Shown here: piece after piece, positions 12,178 to 26,220 of the stretch
Numbering within the stretch: the first letter of the stretch is position 1
Layout of the letters: each line of letters opens with the position of its first letter
Source of the DNA: the human T2T-CHM13v2.0 reference genome, Homo sapiens
Assembly: GCF_009914755.1 (NCBI RefSeq)
Contig: NC_060935.1
Direction: 5' to 3' (one strand)
Length of the DNA stretch: 64,000 nt
Made by a program: the position numbers and the translations under genes
Notes under the pieces: generated by a model
What the model was told of the DNA's origin: nothing
The model's database searches: none
Seen by the model: only the letters and a program-made list of their open reading frames with translations

Positions 12178-13665
12178 TTTCATTCATCCAAAAACATTTA
12201 TTGAGGGTCTTCTATGTGCCAAGCATTGTTCTAAATATTAGAGATGCAACAGAACAGGGTCTCTTATGTAATTTAGTGAAAAGAGACAGACAATAAACAA
12301 GAAGCAAACAAATAAGCTATAATAAGTAAAATTGCAAATAGTAATACTTTCTAGGAAGAAATAAAATTAATAGAGACTGAGTTGAGGTGAGAAGTTGGAC
12401 AAAGGCAGCTAATATAGCCTGGGAAGATATTGTTAAGGAGGTAATGTTTAACCTGAGATGTAAAACAAAAGATGAGGGAAAAACTTTCTAGACAAAAGAA
12501 GTGCAATTGCAGAGACACTTAGACAGAAATGAAAGAAAATAAATATTGGTCAAGCACAGAGAATTTGGGGGGCACCTACTAAGATATGAGCTCAAAAAGG
12601 CTGTTATGTAGCCCTTCTTTTTTTTTTATTATACTTTAAGTTTTAGGGTACATGTGCACATTGTGCAGGTTAGTTACATATGTATACATGTGCCATGCTG
12701 GTGCACTGCACCCACTAACTCGTCATCTAGCATTAGGTATAACTCCCAATGCTATCCCTCCCCCCTCCCCACCACAGTCCCCAGAGTGTGATGTTCCCCT
12801 TCCTGTGTCCATGTGATCTCATTGTTCAATTCCCACCTATGAGTGAGAATATGTGGTGTTTGGTTTTTCGTTCTTGCGATAGTTTACTGAGAATGATGAT
12901 TTCCAATTTCATCCATGTCCCTACAAAGGACATGAACTCATCATTTTTTATGGCTGCATAGTATTCCATGGTGTATATGTACCACATTTTCTTAATCCAG
13001 TCTATCATTGTTGGACATTTGGGTTGGTTCCAAGTCTTTGCTATTGTGAATAATGCTCCAATAAACATACGTGTGCATGTGTCTTTATAGCAGCATTATG
13101 AAAGAAAATAAATATTGGTCAAGCACAGAGAATTTGGGGGGCACCTACTAAGATATGAGCTCAAAAAGGCTGTTATGTAGCCCTTCTAAGCCAGGAGAAG
13201 AATTTTACTTTTAAGTGTAGTTGAAAATCACTGGAGAGCTTTATTTAGTAGAGCTGTATACACTTGTTTATATTTTTAAAAGATCATTTTGATTCCTGTG
13301 GGGGAAAATAGACAGTACTTGATAACAAAAGAGACAGGGAGACCAATGAAGAGGCTATTGCAGTAATCAAGATGGGGTAGGCTTATGGCTTAGCAGTGAA
13401 TTTAGCATTTAGCATTTAGCGGTGAATATATAGAAAAGTGTTCAGACTGATGCTATGTTTCGGCAATAGATCCAAGAGAATATTCTGAAAGTTTGGATCT
13501 GCAGTGTGAAGGAAAATAAACCCATGAGGATTCCAAGGTTGTTATACTCATTATTAGGATGGATTTGGGATTCTACTAGATTAGAAAGGCTTGTAGAGGA
13601 GACAACTAGAGTGGGAAATGATAAAGATATTCCTTTTGCATACCATTCTAGATGACTACTAGATA
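12178..13665 (-). mobile_element. L2 LINE (continues at about 21362-21520)
   Basis: CATTCATCCAAAAACATTTATTGAG...ATGTGCCAAGCATTGTTCTA L2 terminus and downstream L2 motifs. Confidence 0.75.
12619..13096 (-). mobile_element. Young 5'-truncated L1 (L1PA2-like) with 90-bp TSD
   Basis: Antisense 3' end encoding ...KTKHHIFSLIGGN; identical flanks 12529-12618 and 13098-13187. Confidence 0.95.
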
Positions 13666-13993
13666 CTGTGATGGTTAATTTAATGTGTCAACTTTACTAG
13701 GCCGGGGTGGCCAGATATTTGATTAAACATTATTCTGGATATTTCTGCAAGGCTGTTTCTGGATGCTATTAACGTTTAAATTGGTAGACTGAGTAAAGCA
13801 CATTGCCCTCCCCAGTGTAAGTGAGCCTGAATAGAACAAAAAGGTGACTAAGAGAGAATTTGCTCTCTCTCCCTGACTGTCTTTGGCCGAGGCACTGGTC
13901 TCCTATCTTCAGACTTGGACTTAGACTGGAACTTATACTATCAGCTCTCCTGGTTCTAAAGACTTTGGACTTATACTGGAATCATACCATCAG

Positions 13994-14515
13994 TGTATCA
14001 GTAAGGGTTCTCTAAAGGGACAGAACTAATGAAAAAAAATATATAGTAGAGTTTTATAATATGTACATAGAAATATAGATAATATATAATATATATACAA
14101 TATATATGTATATTATATATATATATAGCAGAGTTTATTAAGTATTAACTCACACAATCACAAGGTCCCACAATAGGCCATCTGTAGGCTGAGGAGCAAG
14201 GAGAGCCAGTCGGAGTTCCAAAACTGAAGAACTTGGAGTCCAGTGTTCGAGGGCAGGAAGTATCCAGCATGGCAGAAAGATGTAGACTGGGAGGCTAGGC
14301 CAGTCTCTCTTTTCACATTTTTCTGCCTGCTTTATATTCTAGCTGCACTGGCAGCTGATTAGATTGTGCCCACCCAGATTAAGGTTGAGCCTACCTTTCT
14401 TAGCCCACTAATTCAAATGTTAATCTCCTTTGGCAACACCCTCACAGACACACCCAGGATCAAAGCTCTGTATCCTTCAATCCCATCAAGTTCACACTTA
14501 CTGTTAACCATCACA
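13994..14515 (-). repeat. 3' LTR (MLT2A1)
   Basis: TG...CA termini; short TA-rich tract; minus-strand AATAAA at 14134-14139; adjacent PPT (reverse complement of AGTCCACCCCTTGTC, 14516-14530). Confidence 0.9.
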
Positions 14516-14859
14516 AGTCCACCCCTTGTCAACTTGAACCCATACACATCTCCTGAGATCATACATAATCTTCAAATAAAGACAATAATGTCATAATTAC
14601 GCCTAACATAATATAGCTATCCTTCATGCAACTGGAAATGCACCAATCCCCAACTCAAATACAATTACACAAAGTTAACAATACTTAAATGCTGATGTGA
14701 AGTCAATAAATCTTATGTCACATGATAAAGGAGAAAGGCAATAAAATGAAGATATTTCTTGGTACAAGTGTATACATGCACAAACACGTTTTTAACAAAA
14801 GAAGGAGGAAATACTTATGACAATTACAGTCCTCATTTCTGTGGCTGGTCACATGTTCA

Positions 14860-15330
14860 TAGCTGGTATTGATGCCTAAACCTTCTTCCACTACCCATTC
14901 TGTATTACCTTTGCCTTCAGCAAGCACCTCAGCAGGTTGTGTGGTTTTTTTTTTTTTCCTTGTGGAGTGACCCAAACCTTCATTCCTGAAGGGTCTGAAT
15001 CATTTGTAGCCCTGCCTGGACTGGGCTGTTGTAGTTTCCCACTGACCGTAATCACAGGGCATGGTAATACTAAGAGACACCCTAATGGATCTCCTGTATT
15101 CCATGCATACTCTTCCTTACCTCCATTGCAGAGTAGTAGACTGATTTCATCTTGATAGCCTGGGTCAATCACCCCAGCCAACACTGTAACTCCCTTCTTA
15201 GCCTGTTGACTTAAAGGTAGGGGGAGCCCAAAATGTCTGGGTGGCAATCTTAACTTCTAGTTTAATGGAACCGTTTGTTGTGTCTCCTGGTGGCAGTGTT
15301 CCTTCCTCTGGAACTAGGACATCTAGGCCA
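14860..15330 (-). pseudogene. HERV-L dUTPase (frameshifted)
   Basis: ORF 14891-15247 has motif III-like VLAGVIDPGYQDEI; lies downstream of integrase as is typical of ERV-L. Confidence 0.85.
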
Positions 15331-18330
15331 GCAGCCCGTAATGTTGCGGGAACAGGAATCAAAAATTTTGCTAGTGGATCACTAGGGGTAATGGTGAGTG
15401 GTGCCACTTCCACTTCCACCCCTTGATTCCTGGAGCTGTGAATCCTGGCTATGGGAGAAAGAGTATTATATATTGGACGCTGATTCAGCACACACATGAC
15501 CTTCTCTAGAACTTTGCCCCAGCCCTGCAATGTATTGTCACGTAGTTAGCATTGTAATTGTGACTTCAAAAGGCCATTCCATGATTCTAGCAACCCAGCT
15601 GCTTCAGGATGATGGGAACATGGTAAGAACAATGAATTCCATGAGCATGAGCCCACTGCTGCACTTCTTTAGCCATAAAGTGAGTGCCTTGGTCAGAGAC
15701 AATGCTGTTTGGAATACCAGGAGAATGTATAGGGCATTCCATGAATCCCCAGATGGTAGTCTTGGCAGAAGCATTGCGTGCAGGATAGGCAAACCCATAT
15801 GTGGAGTGTCTATTCCAGTGAGGACAAACCTCTGCCCTTTCCATGATGGAAGAGATCTAATAGAACCTGCCACCATGTAGTTGGCTGATCACCCCGAGGA
15901 ATGGTGCCATATCAAGGGCTCAATGTTGATCTCTGCTGCTGGCAAATTGGGCACTCAGCGGTGGCCATAGCCAGGTCAGCCTTGGTGAGTGGAAGTCTAT
16001 GTTTCTGAGCCCATGTGTAACCTCCATCTCTGCCACCATGGCCACTTTGTTAATGGGCCCATTGGGTGATGGCAGGGGTGGCTGGGGAAAGAGGCTGAGT
16101 GGTATCCACAGAACGGGTCATCCTATCCACTTGATTATTAAAATACCTCCTCTGCTGAGGTCACCTGTCGGTGAGCACTCACATAGGATACAAATATCTT
16201 CACAATTTTTGACCATTCAGAGAAGTTTATTCACATACCTTTTCCCCAAATTTGTCACCAATTTGCCATTCACGCTTCTTCCAAGTCCCTGACTATCCAG
16301 CCAAATCATTGACTACAGCCCATGAATCAGTATATAACCACACATCTGGCCATTTCTCCTTCCACGCAAAGTGCACAACCAGGTTCACTGCTCAAAGTTC
16401 TGTCCACTGGGAACATTTCCCTTCACCACTGTCCTTCAAGGATGTCCTAGAAAGGGGCTATAGTGTTGCAGCTGTCTACTTTCAGGTGGTGCCTGCATAT
16501 AGGGAAGAACTATCTGTGAATCAGACCCTAGTCTTCTCTTCCTCTGTCAACTGATCATAGAGAATTCCTCATGAGGTCATCGGTGCAGGCTGGGGGAGAG
16601 AAGGGAGGGTGGCAGGAGTGGACACCATAGGCATTTGAGCCACTTCCTCATGTAACTTACCTGTGCCTTCAGGACCTGCTCAAGCCTGATTACGTATACA
16701 CCACTTCCATTTGATGATGGAATGCTGCTGTGCACAACCCACTTTATGGCTAGATGGGTCAGAAAGCACCCAGTTCATGATAGGCAGTTCAGGTCACATG
16801 GTGACTTGATGACCCATAGTCAAACGTTCAGTTTCCAACAAGACCCAGTAACAGGCCAAGAGCTGTCTCTCAAAAGGAGAGTAGTTATCTGCAGATGACA
16901 GGGCTTTGCTCCAAAATCCTAGAGGCCTCTGCTGTGATTCACCTATGGGGGCCTGCCTAACAGCATCCCTATCTGCCACTGATACCTCAAGCATCATTGG
17001 ATCTGCCAGGTCATATGGCCCAAGTGGCAGAGCAGCTTGCACAGCAGCCTGGACCTGTTGCAAACACTTCTCCTGTTCTGGACCCCATTCAAAACTGGAA
17101 GCCTTTCAGGTCACTTGATAAGTGGGCTGGAGTAACTCACCCAAATGAGGAATGTGTTGCCTCCAAAATCCAAATAGGCCCACTAGGCACTGTGCCTCTT
17201 TTTTGTTTGTAGGAGAGTCCGAATGCAGCAACTTATCCTTCACCTTAGAAGAAATATCTTAACAGGTCCTACACCACTGGACCCCTAGAAATTTTTACTG
17301 AGGTAGAAGGGTCCTGAATTTTAGTCAGATTTATTTCCCATCCTCTGACATGCAAATGTCTCACCAATAAGTACAGTGTATTTGCTACTTCTTGCTCACT
17401 GGGTCCAATCAGCATCATGTCATCAATATAATGGGCCGGTGTGACATCTTGCAGAAGCTAAAAGCAATCTATGTCTCTCTCAACAAGATTATGACACAAA
17501 GCCAGAGAGTTGATATATCCCTGAGGTAGGACAGTAAAGGTATATTGCTGGCCTTGCCAGCTGAAGGCAAATTGCTTCTGGTGGGTCTTATGGGCAGGAA
17601 CGGAGTAAAAGGCATTTACCAAGTCAGTGGCTGCATACCAGGTAACAGGAGATGTGTTAATTTGCTCAAACAATGAAACCACATCTGGTACAGCAGCTGC
17701 AATTGGAGTCACCACTTGGTTAAGCTTGCAATAACCCACTGTCATTCTCCAAGATCCATCTTCTTCTGCACAGGCCAAATAGGAGAGTTGAATGGGGATG
17801 TGGTGGGAATCACCCCCCCTGCATCTTTCAAGCCCTTGTTGGTGGCACTAATCTCTGTAGTCCTTCCAGGGATACAATATAGTTTTTGATTTACTATTTT
17901 TCTAGGTAGAGGAAGATCTAATGGCTTCCATTTGGCCTTTCCCACTGTAATGGCCCTCACCCTATCAGTCAGGGAGTCAATGTGGGGGTTCTGCCAGCTG
18001 CTAAGTATGTCTAAGCCAATTATGCATTCTGGCACTAGGGAAATGACCAAAGGATGAGTCCAGGAACCCACTGGACCTACTGTAAGTCAGATCTGAGCTA
18101 AAAGTCCATTAATTACCTGAGCTCCATAAGCCCCTACTTTTACTGGAGGACCACAATGACATTTTAGGTCCCCTGGAATCAACGTCAGCTCAGAGTCAGT
18201 GACCAGTAGTTCCTAAAACGTCTGATCATTTCCATTTCCCCAATGCACAGTTACCCTGGTAAGAGGCCAAAGGTCGCTTTGGGGAAGGATGGGAAAAAGA
18301 TTGAATGCACAAATTGTTGGTAATGTAGTG
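15330..18330 (-). pseudogene. pol: HERV-L pro-pol (protease, RT, RNase H, integrase), disrupted
   Basis: RT: DGSWRMTV..KLN, DLVNAFYSVP, LPQGYINS, HYIDD at about 17418-17432; integrase: LTGIDT, IVSDQGTHF; protease active-site motif degenerated from LLDTGS to LLVTDS (about 18190-18210); many stops and frameshifts. Confidence 0.9.
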
Positions 18331-18362
18331 GGGTCCTTTCTTAAGGGAATCTGGCCTCCCCT

Positions 18363-20085
18363 TCATTCAAGGGGTTCTGGGTCTGTAAACTGGCTCAAGT
18401 CTGGAAATTGATTGAGGGGCCATGATTCTCTGTTTTTATAATTCAAATTAGCCTTTTGTCCATTTGACATAGAAGTTTTCTGGTTATATAAATTAAGTAG
18501 GAATGTAGTAGGCTTCCTATAAATTTCTCTTCCATGAACACCATGATTAATTAGCCAATGCCAGAGCTCTACACAAGTCGGACTATTCTGATTGCTGCTT
18601 TGCTTCTTCTGTCCATTACGGTAGCTCTGCCCACCTTGCCTTTGAGAGTTGAGTGCCGCCATTTGGTCCCTGCCACCTCGGGATCCAATTATTCCCATTG
18701 TATTTAAATTTCGTACTTGAGTGGCTGTGCTTCCCACTGTTACATCTGACGTACAGAGAAGAACAATTATAGGGCTCTTCAAAGATGCAGGTGCTGATCT
18801 CACAAATCTATTTCACAAGCCATTGGTCAAGCGTATATCTTCTGGACCCTCCCAGCAGGGATGAGTAGGTCTAAGGTGACTAATCCACTCCAGCATCCCA
18901 TTCTCCCTAAGCCTTTGGGTCCCCCTTCCTCTACATTAAACCAAGAGAGATCAGGCATTTCCAGTTTACTCACAGTGGGCCATTTTTTAATCCACATTTC
19001 AGCTAACCAAAAAAATAAACTATTAGAACCTTTTTTAACTTGCTGAGCTGCAACATTAAATGCAGAGTCTCTACTTAGTGGGCCCCAAACAATAAATTCA
19101 GGCTGATCCAACTTTATGTTCCTTCCACCATTATCCTACACCCTTAATATCCATTCCCATGCCTGTTTTCCAGATTTCTGCTTATATAAATTAGAAAACT
19201 CAAAGTAGTTTTTATCAGGTGTAGTGTACCTCCTCATGGGTCACATTCTCAATCTCACCTCTAGGGGCCCACTGAGACTTTAGTCTAGTTATAGGTCTAG
19301 AAGCAAACAGGGATGTTGGGCGTAGCTTCTGAGGATAATCAACATTATCTTGCCTGGCAACTGCCTCAGGGAAGGCCATCACTGTTACCTCAGGCAGTGC
19401 AGGGTTTATCTCCTCAGACAAAGGTGGAAAGGCTGATGGCAGCATGAGTCAGGGAAGGGATGTTGCCACTACTGGGGATGGGAAAGCTGTTTCTTCTGTC
19501 CAAAAAGTTTCATCAGAGTTTACAAAGTTAGTTTCCCCAGCTTCATCAGGGTCCTCCCACACGTCCCCATTCCAAGTTGCAGGGTTCCATTCATTTCCAA
19601 TTGATGCTCTCACTTTAACAGTAGACACCTGGCAAGGCTTTTGTTGCAGGTCAGCCACTAACATGATAAAAGTTTGTGTCTGTTTTTCCACAATTTCAGA
19701 GATTTCTCTACAGGAGATAAGACCTTCACTCAGGGCAATCTTAGGAGATTTGAGGCTCAGTATCTGCTTCTGAAGCTAGGAGATAGAATCTCTGAGTTCA
19801 TTTTTTTTCATCACTTTGTCCACTGAACTTAGGAGCAACCAACCAGCTTCATTATGTTCCTTGGTTCTCCACATATGGTCAAAGGTATTACGTATAGAGT
19901 CACTAAACTCCTGGCCTCTCATAAGCAATGAATCAGGAGTGTCAAATGCATTTGTTTTGGGTAACTCTCTAAATAGTTCATTCCAAGGACTATCAGTTCT
20001 TCATACTATTAGAAGTAGAGTCCTTAGCATTTTGATGTCTAATCATATTAAGCAGCCAACTCTAAAACCCCAAAACCAATGAAAG
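18363..20085 (-). pseudogene. gag: HERV-L gag, disrupted
   Basis: Fragments WNPATWNGDVWEDPD, WIKKWPTVSKLEMP and LWHWLINHGV in different frames. Confidence 0.85.
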
Positions 20086-20117
20086 ACCTCCATCCTCAGT
20101 ATTCTGTTACTCTAGAA

Positions 20118-20132
20118 CCACTCCTGGTACCA
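20118..20132 (-). promoter_or_regulatory. Primer binding site for tRNA-Leu
   Basis: Minus strand TGGTACCAGGAGTGG just inside the 5' LTR, complementary to the 3' end of tRNA-Leu(TAA) (...CCACTCCTGGTACCA). Confidence 0.85.
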
Positions 20133-20137
20133 AAATC

Positions 20138-21188
20138 TGTATTAGTTAGGGTTCTCTAGAGGGACAGAACTAATAGAATATATATATGGAATGTATACAC
20201 ACGGAATACACACACATGGAATGTATACACACGGAATACACACACATGGAATGTATACACACGGAATACACACACATGGAATGTATACACACGGAATACA
20301 CACACATGGAATGTATACACATGGAATACACACACATGGAATGTATACACATGGAACACACACACATGGAATGTATACACATGGAATACACATGGAATGT
20401 ATACACATGGAATACACACACATGGAATGTATATATATGGAATATATATATAATATATATATGGAATATATATATATGGAATATATATATAATATATATG
20501 GAATATATATATGGAATATATATATAATATATATGGAATATATATATAATATATATGGAATATATATATATGGAATATATATATATGGAATATATATATA
20601 TGGAATATATATATGGAATGTATATATGGAATGTATATATGGAATGTATATATATGGAATGTATATATGGAATGTATATATATGGAATGTATATATGGAA
20701 TGTGTATATATATGGAATATATATATGGAATGACTATACATGGAATACATATCTATGGAATATCAATATATGGAATAACTATATATGGAATATATATATA
20801 AAAGGGAGTGTAGTAAGTATTAACTCACATGAGCACAAGGTCCCACAATAGGCTGTCTGCATGCTGATGAGCAAGGAAAGCCAGTCCAAGTTCCAAAGAC
20901 TGGAACTTGGAGTCTGATGTTTGAGGGCAGGAAGCATCCAGCACAGGAGAAGGAAGCAGGGTGGGAGGTTAGGCCAGTCTCTCTTTTCATGTTTTTCTGC
21001 CTGCTTATATTCTAACCCAGCTGGCAGCTGATTAGATTGTGCCCACTCATATTTAGGGTGAGTCTGCCTTACTCAGCCCACTAACTCAAATGTTAATCTC
21101 CTTTGGCAACACCCTCACAGACACACCCAGCATCAATACTTTGTATCCTTTAATCCGATCAAGTTGACACTCAGTATTAATCATCACA
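20138..21188 (-). repeat. 5' LTR (MLT2A1), doubled in size by an internal tandem repeat
   Basis: Homologous to 13994-14515; 1051 bp versus 522 bp. Confidence 0.9.
20180..20800. repeat. Compound minisatellite/microsatellite
   Basis: Four perfect copies of 30-bp ATGTATACACACGGAATACACACACATGGA (20191-20310), variants to about 20430, then 13-15 bp TGGAAT(A/G)TATA.. units. Confidence 0.95.
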
Positions 21189-22887
21189 ATAAGCTTTCCT
21201 GGGTCTTCAGTTTGCTGATTGCAGATCTTTGGACTTAGTCTCCATAACCACATGAGCCAATTCCCTATAGTAAATCAATCAATCTCTCTTTCTCTCTCCA
21301 TATGTGTGTGTGTGTGTGTGTGTGTGTCTATATATATATATATATATCCCAGACCAATACAGAGATCCAAATGGGAATATCAAGTAATCAGTTAGATATG
21401 CAAGTCTGGAGATAAGAGGTAAGCTTTATATTAAGGGTATCTATTAGATATTCATCAGAGTATGTATTAAGTTTAAACTCTCAAACTTGATGAGACTGTA
21501 AGTGAAGAAAAGAGACAACCACAGAAAACACTCTGGAGCTGTATAGTATTTAGACCCAGAAACTTCCTCCTATCTACACAGAAATAGCACATTAGCTACT
21601 CAATATATATTATGTAAATGAATAAATTTGTTACCATAGGAACTGCCTAATTTATTAGAAAATAATTACTATGCCAGCCTGGTCAAACACACCTAATTTG
21701 TGTACTATATATGTAAGCTTTATCATCCTGACTTTATGCTAACAAATACTGGGGATCAGTAAATTTTAACTCTCCATTTTATTATATTTATTTCAATATA
21801 TTTTACCCACTCCCAGACAGTCTTTCTATAATACTTGTGAATTTCACAATACTGGCTTGGGTCAGGGGAAATCTTGAGTTGATTCCATCTAGTCCCCATT
21901 CAATTAGGAATATGAGGTGGAAGCTTTTCCTTCCATAGTGCCCCTGTCTATTTTTTACATCCAGGTGATCAAACCATTGTTTTGAGGAGCTTATGACTAT
22001 CCTGATTCACCATAATTCGTAAAGGACTGAACAAAATATTAACAGACAAATGGCACTCCTTCTTATTCATCGATGAGCCACAGGGAGTCAGATGTTAATG
22101 GGGCACCCTCACAGGAATTATTATAGTAGGTTAATGAAACTCTATCCTGCAGGAAGTTCACAGTGTTTATTTGAATGGCAACAGAAGGCCTGTTGCACAT
22201 TGACTTGTTTCCCACTTTTGATTAATGGGTTGCATTTGGATATACTTTGGGCTCTCTTTAGTAGATAATTCCTTTCTGTTCCATGAAGTACATCCTAATT
22301 TAGCATCTCCCTTTATAGTTATGGCCCCTCTAATTTTCCTCCCCAATATCAGCTTTATAAATTCTCATCTATTCTCATGTTTGGAGTTTTATGGCTCTTG
22401 AATTACTGTCTTTCCAATGGTTATTTATAGGTAAATATTGTGTCCTCTTGCTTTAGGTTATTTTGCTGTTGTTGTTACTATTTAAAGCTGAACTCACAGT
22501 ATTCAAGAAAATTACTTCTCTTTCAGGAGCTGTCTACTAACTTATTTCTTTTACGTAGTGACTTCTCTCTTACTAAGGCAGTTAGTAAAATTGAATCAAT
22601 GGCTTTGGAGGTTGGGGAAGGCAAAGGGTAACTAGAAAAATGTGGAAAGAAAAACCTTAGATAATCTTTGGAAAGAGTATTCATTGGTAAACTGTTTCAG
22701 ATAAGGGATATTCAATGTTATACAATTAGCTCTTCATTTTAAAATTGTGTATTGTTCAAAGGAAAGTTCTAGAGCAAAGTATATAGCTTTTGATATACAG
22801 AGAGCAGAAAGGCTTTACCACCCGTGTACATTCTTTTATCTGGGTATGAAATTACTATCTGTGAGCTATGACCTTAATTGGCTCCAA

Positions 22888-23310
22888 GGGGTCATACTTT
22901 GGGTTCCTGCAGGAGACCCTGAACAAAGGATTTGAGTACAAGTTTATGTAGAAATATCCCAAGAGGTGGGAGTGGAGCAGTAAGAGAGGGAAAAGAATGA
23001 AGCCAATCCTGGCACATTAGTGAGCAGGTTAACACTATGTGCAACTGGGGCTCAAATCCTGCTGGAACTCTCTGGGAGACTGTACAAAATGCACTTCATA
23101 GGGGCCTGGAAAAGTAAGGAAGCTTGTGGGTTTGTCATTCAAAGCTTACTTTTCACTGGCTGAGTTCTCCTCTGGGAATCAACTTACTACTAGTCTGGCC
23201 TGCCTCACATGGACCAATCATATAAAAAAAAATCTTTAAGCATAGCAATGCAGGGGCTTGCAGTAGAAAGCTATTAACATTCTTAATGCAGAGACAGTAT
23301 GAGTAGGGCA
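22888..23310 (-). mobile_element. Old ERVL LTR (LTR16/LTR33 class)
   Basis: GGGTTCC..GAGACCCTGAACAAAGGATTTGAGTACAAG...GCAACTGGGGCTCAAATCCTGCTGG. Confidence 0.55.
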
Positions 23311-23311
23311 C

Positions 23312-25645
<2,334 letters not shown>

Positions 25646-25854
25646 GCCAATCACTAGGCGTAGAGCCTGAGTAGAAGAGACTCACACAGTGCCCTCCCAC
25701 CTCCGGGGACCTCAGATAGGGAAGCAATGATTCTCGCCATCTGTGTATGCTCAGCAGGCATTACCCACTCATGCAGCCATATGTGCATGGTTCCAATCTT
25801 TTGCCACTTCCTAACTACTTGGAAATGTAGGATTTAGGGACCATTAAAATTGCA

Positions 25855-26220
25855 GAGACACAAAATGTCAGTAGTTGAGAAAACTTTTGATATCATATAC
25901 TCCAACTCTTATTTTTAGAGATAAGAAAACTGTATTTATTAATGTTGACCACTAACAATTTATACCACTAATAATGACCAGTTACTGAACATTTGCTATG
26001 TTCCAGGAAGGTTGCTAAGCAATCAACATGTTTTCTCATGTAATTCTCCAAGCAAATCAATGAAGAGTTATTACTATTTTTAGGTTCTCTTTCTATATTA
26101 AAAAACTGAGACTGGAGGATGTCCAAGGGCTTACCTAAGATAGCACAGACAACAAATGCTAGGGTTTGGAATAAAATGCAAATCTGCCTGGGTCCAACAT
26201 GCTTGTTGTCAAACATTGCA
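25855..26220. mobile_element. MIR fragments
   Basis: MIR core-like ATTTTTAGAGATAAGAAAACTG and AAAACTGAGACTGGAG...CTTACCTAAGATAGCACAG. Confidence 0.6.

Larger units (their letters stand above)
13994..21188 (-). mobile_element. Full-length HERV-L (ERVL) provirus with MLT2A1 LTRs
   Basis: Two LTRs, 5.6-kb gag-pro-pol-dUTPase interior without env, PBS, PPT, 5-bp TSD ATCAG (13989-13993) / ATAAG (21189-21193). Confidence 0.95.
13667..21361 (+). mobile_element. Older ERVL LTR (MLT2C/D-like) split by HERV-L; parts at 13667-13993 and 21189-21361
   Basis: TGTGATGGTTAATTTAATGTGTCAAC start; resumes AGCTTTCCTGGGTCTTCAG...ATGAGCCAATTCC, then (TG)n(TA)n, ends CCAATACA. Confidence 0.8.

Noticed and set aside
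14860-20085. Domesticated or intact HERV-L gag, pol or dUTPase (Fv1-like co-option)
   Set aside because: Longest proviral-strand fragment is 146 aa; frames are repeatedly broken and the protease catalytic motif is lost
20191-20430. 30-bp direct repeats as a CRISPR-like array
   Set aside because: Head-to-tail with no unique spacers, derived from LTR (TA)n, primate context, no cas genes
20142-20851. Long ORFs on both strands (up to 202 aa; MECIHTEYTH and YIPCVC repeats)
   Set aside because: Stop-free translations of the tandem repeat inside the LTR; no evidence of a real protein
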